IMG/VR virus record: IMGVR_UViG_3300034357_000535
Coordinates: 1-25,852 of that record
Length of the DNA stretch: 25,852 nucleotides
Source: a virus
Taxonomy: Duplodnaviria; Caudoviricetes
Direction: 5' to 3' (one strand)
Shown here piece by piece: positions 25,125 to 25,852 of the stretch; position 1 is the stretch's first letter, and each line of letters opens with the position of its first letter. The translations under genes were made by a program, and so were the position numbers. The notes beneath the pieces are model-generated. The model had not been told where the DNA came from and did not search any database. It was given only the letters and a program-made list of their open reading frames with translations.

Positions 25125-25852
25125 ATGGAAAAAATCATTGAAAAATTAGACGCTATAGAAGCGGCAAATTTAGCGAAAGTAGCTGAAGTAACAACTACTG
25201 TCGATGCTAAAATTGCTGAAACTGTAGCTTCTTTTGATGAAAAAGTAGCAGCACTTGAAGCTAAAGTTGCTTCAATTAACTCAACTCCAGTAATCAAAAC
25301 ATACAAATCAATTTCGCAAGAAGTTAATCGTATGGTTAAAGGCCAACTTGCTGAATTTGTAAAAGGCAATGGTCGCGTAGAAAAAGAAATTAAATTATTT
25401 GAAGATGCTGGTCAATATGACGCATACCTCAAAGAAGCTTCAACTCTAACAGGTTCAGGCGCAGGCATTGGTGGTAGAACTGCTTATGATCCAGTATTTG
25501 CGGCATTGCGTTTAGAAAATCCTATGCGCGGTGTATCTCGTTCAGTTGCTACTGATGGTTCTACATATCAATTTAGAGCTAAAACAGGTGATGCTGGCGC
25601 TGGTTGGGGTTATGGTATTGTTAATAATACTGCGGCTACAACTGAAGCAACTGCAATTTGGCAATTAAATCTTAAAGACTTAAATGTTCAATTTCCAATT
25701 AGAACTGCGGCTTTAGATGACATCGATGGTTTAGAATCTAATGTAGTTTCAGATATGTTAGCTGAATTTAGCCAACGCGAAGCTATCAGTATGATTACAA
25801 ACAACGATCAAGGTGCGGCTACTGCAACAGGTGGTGGTGGTTCTGACGGCTT
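25125..25852 (+). CDS. HK97-type major capsid protein (3'-truncated; not in ORF track)
   Basis: Open frame from ATG 25125 (MEKIIEKLDAIEAAN...) to the window end; helical delta-domain-like N-terminus, then ENPMRGVSR...AALDDID; SD AAGGA. Confidence 0.88.
   Translation, partial: MEKIIEKLDAIEAANLAKVAEVTTTVDAKIAETVASFDEKVAALEAKVASINSTPVIKTYKSISQEVNRMVKGQLAEFVKGNGRVEKEIKLFEDAGQYDAYLKEASTLTGSGAGIGGRTAYDPVFAALRLENPMRGVSRSVATDGSTYQFRAKTGDAGAGWGYGIVNNTAATTEATAIWQLNLKDLNVQFPIRTAALDDIDGLESNVVSDMLAEFSQREAISMITNNDQGAATATGGGGSDG

Noticed and set aside
1-25852. tRNA genes or stop-codon reassignment
   Set aside because: No cloverleaf seen in the short intergenic gaps; conserved genes are full length under the standard code with all three stops used.

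Overview
An AT-rich segment of a tailed dsDNA phage with an HK97-type head module. The window starts inside a tail-tip gene and ends inside the major capsid gene. Gene order: distal tail and fibre genes; a tandem 2OG-Fe(II) oxygenase; a 915-aa Gly-X-Ser repeat fibre followed by a SAM methyltransferase, a GT2 glycosyltransferase and a split GT9-like glycosyltransferase; a small holin-like ORF and an HNH-like nuclease; a convergent terminator; a leftward recombination operon (ERF, PD-(D/E)XK nuclease, YqaJ exonuclease, SSB-like protein); a rightward replication/nin region (VRR-NUC, DUF1376 initiator with internal iterons, SleB hydrolase, helicase loader, NinB, Ref-like, HNH, SprT-like); two Cys-rich exported proteins and a membrane coiled-coil protein; holin and lysozyme; terminase, portal, protease and capsid. 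The clearest hidden feature is a 23-codon pqqA gene (PQQ precursor peptide) at 9879-9950 on the minus strand, which the ORF track misses. It has no other pqq genes in the window and points to a Methylophilaceae-type host. The second candidate system is a putative fibre-glycosylation cassette around the Ser-rich, Pro-free collagen-like protein. All calls come from reading motifs by eye; no database searches were run.
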